Shown one piece after another: positions 57,722 to 64,000 of a stretch of 64,000 bases of DNA. Under the pieces are notes generated by a model. That model did not search any database, was not told the origin of the DNA, and worked only from the letters and a program-made list of their open reading frames with translations. Each line of letters begins with the position of its first letter. Position 1 is the stretch's first letter. Source of the stretch: Octopus vulgaris (Eukaryota); NCBI GenBank assembly GCA_951406725.2, contig OX597826.1, forward strand, positions 59,210,001 through 59,274,000, in the 5' to 3' direction. The position numbers were made by a program, and so were the translations under genes.

Positions 57722-58609
57722 AGGGTGCGGTGAATAAACTGTCGTCTTAATTACTAAAAACTGAAAATAACACTTACGTCTAATTCTAACAGATATATTT
57801 ACCAAAATTACGTAAAAGTATCTTGAAACACTAGGGAATAAATTTATTCAATAAAATCACCATTGGTTTCAACCACAGCCTCCAGACTACTTCGGAATCT
57901 CTTGCACCTCATCTGGACAGACCCCTTGTTTGAGTTAATCAATGCTGCCATAATCCTTGCCTTCAGTTCATCTTTGGTGTTACAAGGAGTTTTGTTGGTC
58001 TCTTGCTCACCTGGGTCCCACACATAATAATCAAGTGGGTTGCAGTCTGGGGAATTAGGGGGCCAGATTTTTGGGGAGATATGGTTACAGAAATTGTCTG
58101 ACAGCCATGACTGGAGTCTCTTGTTTGTGTGGCATAGTGCAAAGTACTGTTGCCAGACATAGGGTCTTCCAGCAGTCACCCTCTTGACCCAGAGTGGCGC
58201 TACCTCCTCCAGGTACTTGGTGTAGTCCTCCTTATTGAGCCAGAGGCTGTGTGGGAAGACAAATGGAGTCATAACGTCGCTATCACTAGTGATAACACCG
58301 AACACCTTATTGTAGACTGGATGTTTAAATTTTACCACTTTCGGTACATGTCCTCAGATTACACTATCCTCAGATTGACACCCAAGCACTCTGAAATGTT
58401 CGCATTGGAGATTCTGGTGCGAACGGCAAGCAGTACAGCAAGTCATTTCCAATTTTGTAGCTGAGTGAATTGCGTCATGGTGTTATTTTTCTCACAGATG
58501 GTGCCTCACTGACCCTACAATACTATGTAATCGACAAAATCGGAAAAAAAAACAATACCAATCAGTATTTAAAAATACGAAATGGCGACAGTTAACCCAT
58601 CGCAGGTTG
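57721..58609 (-). mobile_element. maT/DD37D-type transposon, internally deleted
   Basis: ORF 57844-58338 YVWQQ(Y)FALCH..WPPNSPDCNPLDYYVW with 37 residues between the catalytic positions; degenerate TIRs cagggtgcggtgaataaactgtcg / cgacagttaacccatcgcaggttg. Confidence 0.88.
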
Positions 58610-58937
58610 TATATGCGCGCGCCCGTTTGTGTGTATGTGTGAGTACGTGCATGTGTGTATGTATATAATACCTACATATATGTGTCTGTGTGTATATAAT
58701 ACATGTGTATATTTACACACACACACACACATATATATATATGCACACACACATATATACGCATATAAGTATAGTTATGTAGATTGGTATATAAATATGT
58801 GGATGCATAATGCATATATACATACACACATGTATGTATATATTTATAAATTGAAACATTTCTATCTCCACACACACACACACACTCATATATTTCAAGA
58901 ACGCCTACGCACAAATTCCTGTATTTGTATACATGCG

Positions 58938-58988
<51 letters not shown>

Positions 58989-60225
58989 TTGTGTGTGTAT
59001 GTAAGTATATCTATCTATCCATCCACCAATATATCTATATTTAAATATATATACCTACACATACATATATAATCACGCATGTATTCAAACATATATATAT
59101 ATACATGTGTGTGTATTTGTGTGTGTGCTTGTGTCTGTGTGTGTCAGTCTGTATTCACGTATTTATGCATACATACGTGTACACGTGTGTATATCAGTAT
59201 ATTTCTGTACGTATTGACAGTGAGGAAGAAAAAGCATCTAACAGAAATTCAACTGAGAGGGGAAAACTAGAGTACTATTGTGTGAGATCCAACGCAAGCA
59301 CAAATATTATCAGTCCGTAAAAATAAAAGTAATGGCTGTAATTAAGGATGACGAACAACATAAAGGAATGAAAGAAACATTAATTGATCAGATGAAAGGT
59401 AAGCTTCGGAAAATAAATCGATGCAGAAAAAAAAATAAAAAAAATTAATAAGTAAATAAAAAGACAACAGGAATAACACAATTCCAGAATTCAAATAAAA
59501 TTAAATGTTGCGAGACGAAAAACAGGAAAAAATAAAGTTTACAGGGAATTAAACAGCAAACACCATAAAAGTAGATATTTTACCAGACAAAGAAGTACAA
59601 ACGATTTGAGGAAACATATGTAAGGCAGAAAAAAAACACTGCGTCAAACAAATAGAATTAAGTACAAAATCAAATATAGATTTGCTTGTGTAGAAAGCAG
59701 AGAATTAAGTGGGATATGAGTGTTGTAATTCACATAAAGCATTGCTACGTGTGTATATAAATGATGTAAATGTTTGAGAGAAAGTAAAAGAAAGACTCTT
59801 TTGAGCAATGCAGATAAACATTTAGGCAACATATGTTTGGTGATATGAATAAATAAAAACCAATTATTGTACTACGTTAGATAAGCTGGTCGTATGATAC
59901 TTTAATATTTCGGAAAGGAATCCCTTTCTCAAATAGAAGAACATAAAGAATCAAAGAGTTCGTAGAAATGTGTTGTTACTGACAGACACATCAGAATGAT
60001 GTGCAACTAGCAACATATCTCTCCGAACTATAATTTCTTTCTTTCTTTTATTTAAAAAGGGAAATTTTACCGAAATATTAAAAAAATCATTATGCTCCCT
60101 ATATAAGATATTACAATATCTTTTAACCAGGTTTTCACCTTTTGGTCTCACTTTACATAATTCGTCTAAGTGCTTATACGTTATTGCTCAGTGGGGGAAA
60201 CATTTCAACCGAACAAGGTCCCGAA

Positions 60226-60440
60226 AGAGAAGAAGAAGAAGAAGAAGAAGAAGAAGAAGAAGAAGAAGAAGAAGAAGAAGAAGAAGAAGAAGAAGAAGAA
60301 GAAGAAGAAGAAGAAGAAGGAGGAGGAAGAAGGGAAGAAGAAGGAGGAGGAGGAGAATGAAAAGAAGAAGAAGAAGAAGGAGGAGGAGGAAGAAGGGAAG
60401 AAGAAGGATGAGGAGGAGGAAGAGAAGAAGAAGACGAAGA
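60226..60440. repeat. (GAA)n/(GGA)n microsatellite
   Basis: Read directly. Confidence 0.97.
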
Positions 60441-60589
60441 ATGGCAGACCTAAATAACAATGATAAGAAGAATATCATCCAGCTGACCATATATAATTTC
60501 ATTTTGAGTAAATCCCCACATTTTATGTATGTCGTATCGTCACAGTCATGTATCGTCCACCTGACAAATGAAAGGATCCCTTATCATTA

Positions 60590-60710
60590 AAGTTTGCCTT
60601 TCATCCTTTCGTGGTCGATAAAATAATTACAAGTTTAGCAACGGTGTCGATGTGATCGGATTTCGCTTCACCAATGCAGACGTGCTAGACTTGTACAAAA
60701 ATTTAAAAGC
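60590..60710 (+). mobile_element. SINE family B fragment
   Basis: tttgcctttcatcctttcgtggtcgataaaataa..gtcgatgtgatcg. Confidence 0.7.
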
Positions 60711-60712
60711 AC

Positions 60713-60752
<40 letters not shown>

Positions 60753-60756
<4 letters not shown>

Positions 60757-60995
60757 GTCTGTACAAGTTGGCTCCAAGTCTCACCCAGAGACCTCAAGAG
60801 ACAACAGGCTGGAAGTTCACGTTGTTGTTATGCCTAGTGTGCCATATATTTGTTTCTTTTTGTGTTTTTTTATGTCTAATACATAAAAAAAAAAGTTTGT
60901 TTTAAACCTTGGGATTACATAGAGAGTATTTTGCGTAGGATATGAGCAGTTCCTATGAGAACTATCTTTTGAATTTCTGCCATTTTGGGGTTTCC
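60753..60995 (-). mobile_element. R4/Dong-type 3' end
   Basis: NPKMAEIQKIVLIGTAHILRKILSM* then 3' UTR running into (TAA)n. Confidence 0.85.
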
Positions 60996-61021
60996 ATTAT
61001 CATTGTTATTATTATTATTAT

Positions 61022-61567
61022 TGAGTGAGAGAGAAGTGCATGCCATCAAAGTGACACTGGGGTAAAATATACGAAATCCAGTATACCCATCGTGACTACC
61101 CGTCTCATAAAGGTACACCAGGCACATACATCACAACCATATGTGCGCAACAAGGTGATCTCATATCAAGATAAACAGCACATGACCTTGCAGTTAGAAT
61201 TTTCTTCTGGTCGAGTAACCCATCCGGCTCAAAAGGTCACTGAATAAAGGTTGTTTAAGGATGTTGAACGAACCACCCATGTTTCAAAAGTGAATTATCC
61301 AAACCGCCAAGAATTCCTTTCACACACAAGAATTCCTTTCAACCCCACCACTTCTGCTCGTGGTCAGAGATGCACATATTGTCAGCCATTAAGGGACATG
61401 CTCAACTGGTTATGGTCAAACAACTAACAAGCAAATCTGTGGTATTGAGCAGAATATTTGCTGTAGCCCATCATTTATACCAAGACAAAACAACGTACAT
61501 AACACTTCCAATCAGTTAAGACCAGAAGACATGAGAGCTATTGCTTGGTACCGCATCAGGGTATTTA

Positions 61568-61568
<1 letters not shown>
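61022..61568 (-). mobile_element. Non-coding ~550-bp element embedded in (TAA)n
   Basis: Unique-looking sequence bounded by TAA tracts; second partial copy at 23850-24130; no ORF, tRNA boxes or TIRs seen. Confidence 0.7.
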
Positions 61569-61617
<49 letters not shown>

Positions 61618-61630
61618 GTTATTATTATTA

Positions 61631-61970
<340 letters not shown>

Positions 61971-61984
61971 CATTATTATTATTA

Positions 61985-62183
61985 GACGGCGAGGTGGCAG
62001 AATCGTTTGCACGCCGGGTAAAGTGCTCAGCGGCATTCCGTCTGTCTGCACGCTCTGAGATCAAATTCCGCCAGGGTTGACTTTGCCTTTTCATCCTTTC
62101 AAGGTCGATAAAATAAGTAGTACCAGCTCAAAACTGGGGGCCGATGCAATCGACTTATCTCTTCCCACCCAAAATTGCTGCCG
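61985..62183 (+). mobile_element. SINE family B
   Basis: gacggcgaggtggcagaatcgtt..caaattccgcc..tttcatcctttc..gtcgataaaataagta..aaaattgctg. Confidence 0.85.
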
Positions 62184-62186
62184 TTC

Positions 62187-62273
62187 GTTGAGACAAAATA
62201 TGAAATCATTATCGTTATCATGATAATCTTTAATTACTGCTATCATTATTCTTGTAATTATCATCATTAAGAA

Positions 62274-62322
<49 letters not shown>

Positions 62323-62406
62323 TGAGACAAAATATGAAATCATTATCGTTATCATGATAATCTTTATTACTGCTATCATTATTGTTGTTATTATCATCAT
62401 TAAGAA

Positions 62407-62447
<41 letters not shown>
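62187..62447. repeat. ~133-bp tandem duplication ending in (GTA)n
   Basis: gttgagacaaaatatgaaatcattatcgttatcatgataatc..catcattaagaatagtagtag occurs twice. Confidence 0.93.
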
Positions 62448-62952
62448 AATGCTGCTACTGCTGCTGCTGCTGCTGCATTAGCGCATATAGAAGACAAGCA
62501 GGACATCACCACATATAGGTAGATCCAATGACAGCAGATCTGTCTTGTAGAAGGTCAGATGAGAAGTAATGGAGGTCAGTAAAATTTGAACGGAATCTGT
62601 CTTCCAGCTTCAGATGTTAGAATCTTTCAAAGAGAGAACAACAAAGAAAACCTAGCTTGACAGCTGCAAGCTACAGATATATCGGCTAACGTTGGGAGAA
62701 ATTAAAACCGAACCCGAGCGTATTTTCATCTATGGAAACATGTTCGATTCCTATTGATCTTTCTACTTTTTCCGCCATGCTGTTGATATCAAGGAATTTG
62801 TCGTATGTATGCTATCTACATGAATACGTAAACACGTACACACACACACACGCACACACACACACAGACATATATAATACATACAGATGGACATACACAC
62901 ACACACGTATATATGTATACATAAATATAGATATGTGCGTGTGTGTGTACGC

Positions 62953-63002
<50 letters not shown>

Positions 63003-63053
63003 CTATATATGTATTTATATATAAATATACATCTAATCATGAGCGTATACATG

Positions 63054-63087
<34 letters not shown>

Positions 63088-63569
63088 TATACATATGTGT
63101 ATATACATATATATTCATATGTATGTGTATATATATATATGTATATATTTATGTATGTATATGCATGTATATATATATATATATGTATACATAGATATAT
63201 ATATGTTTATTTATTTATATATTTATATATATATATATACATATATGCGAGTGAGTTGGCGAATGGAAGAAAGTGGCACTCAACACATTTGCTGGGAATT
63301 ATATATATATATATATATATCAGCGAGAGCCAGAAGCTGTTTCATATTGTCGTGTTAGAAGTGGTCCTAGAGACTATGATTTAGTGAAAGTGTAAAAGAA
63401 ATTTCAAGATAGTATTTCCTATGTCGAGATTTATCTATATGGCCGTTTATATATGTTTATAGAAGAAGGAAGCCTTTTTGTACACAAACACAACAAAAAT
63501 GTTACACTATGCAGACATAATACGCACATGCACACACGCGCGCAGGGACATATATTTCTGTTCATCAAT

Positions 63570-64000
63570 TGTACTTGTTTCAGTCATTAGATCGCTGCCA
63601 TGGTAAGGTACCGCCTTGAGGAGTTTCCTTAGAAGAAATCGATCTCAGCACTTATGTTTTAAAGCCTATTACTTATTCTCCCGGTCTATTTTGCCTAAGC
63701 GCTAAGTTATGGCAACGTAAACACACCAACACCGGTTGTTAAGCGGTAATTGGGGACAAACAAAGGCTCAAAAACGCACACAGATATATGCATACATATG
63801 TGTACATATATATATATATGTGTATATGTATATCTATGTATCTATCTATCCATCTATCTATCTATGTGCATATATGCTATGGGGTTCTTTCAGTTTCCGT
63901 TCACCACATAAACTCACAGAACTTTAATCGACCCAACGCAATAGTGGAACACACCGTACCAAGGTGACACGACGTGGGACTGAGCCCAGATTCTTGTGGC
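63570..64000 (-). mobile_element. SINE family A, diverged, runs off the window edge
   Basis: tacttgtttcagtcatt..gccatg..ccgcc..tacttattct..gctaagtta..cgtaaacacaccaacaccggttgt..ttctttcagtttccgt..gtgggactga. Confidence 0.85.

Noticed and set aside
62480-62620. Possible RTE-type RT remnant on the minus strand (similar hints at 50580-50750 and 63250-63410)
   Set aside because: Too degenerate to recover a catalytic motif by eye

Overview
AT-rich eukaryotic non-coding DNA (intergenic or intronic) with no recognisable host exon. The microsatellite density and SINE families suggest a cephalopod, probably Octopus (inference from memory, no database search). Almost all ORFs in the track are translations of simple repeats. 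The real content is a dense set of decayed transposons: (i) three groups of tRNA-type SINEs, several with clear target-site duplications and swapped head/tail modules; (ii) decayed R4/Dong-type non-LTR retrotransposons sitting in (TAA)n tracts, plus a non-coding element that also ends in (TAA)n; (iii) a Penelope-like GIY-YIG remnant and many short related 3' modules carrying minimal type-I hammerhead ribozyme motifs, often inside (TA)n tracts and sometimes forming long palindromes; (iv) DNA transposons, namely a full-length DD34D mariner nested in a hAT element, a DD36E-spaced Tc1 fragment, a DD37D (maT) element, a pogo/Tigger-like MITE and a probable non-autonomous Helitron; (v) a diverged ~33-bp tandem array. 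The most interesting signal is the set of hammerhead-bearing Penelope-derived mini-elements. Coordinates were read by eye, and the ends of degenerate copies are approximate.
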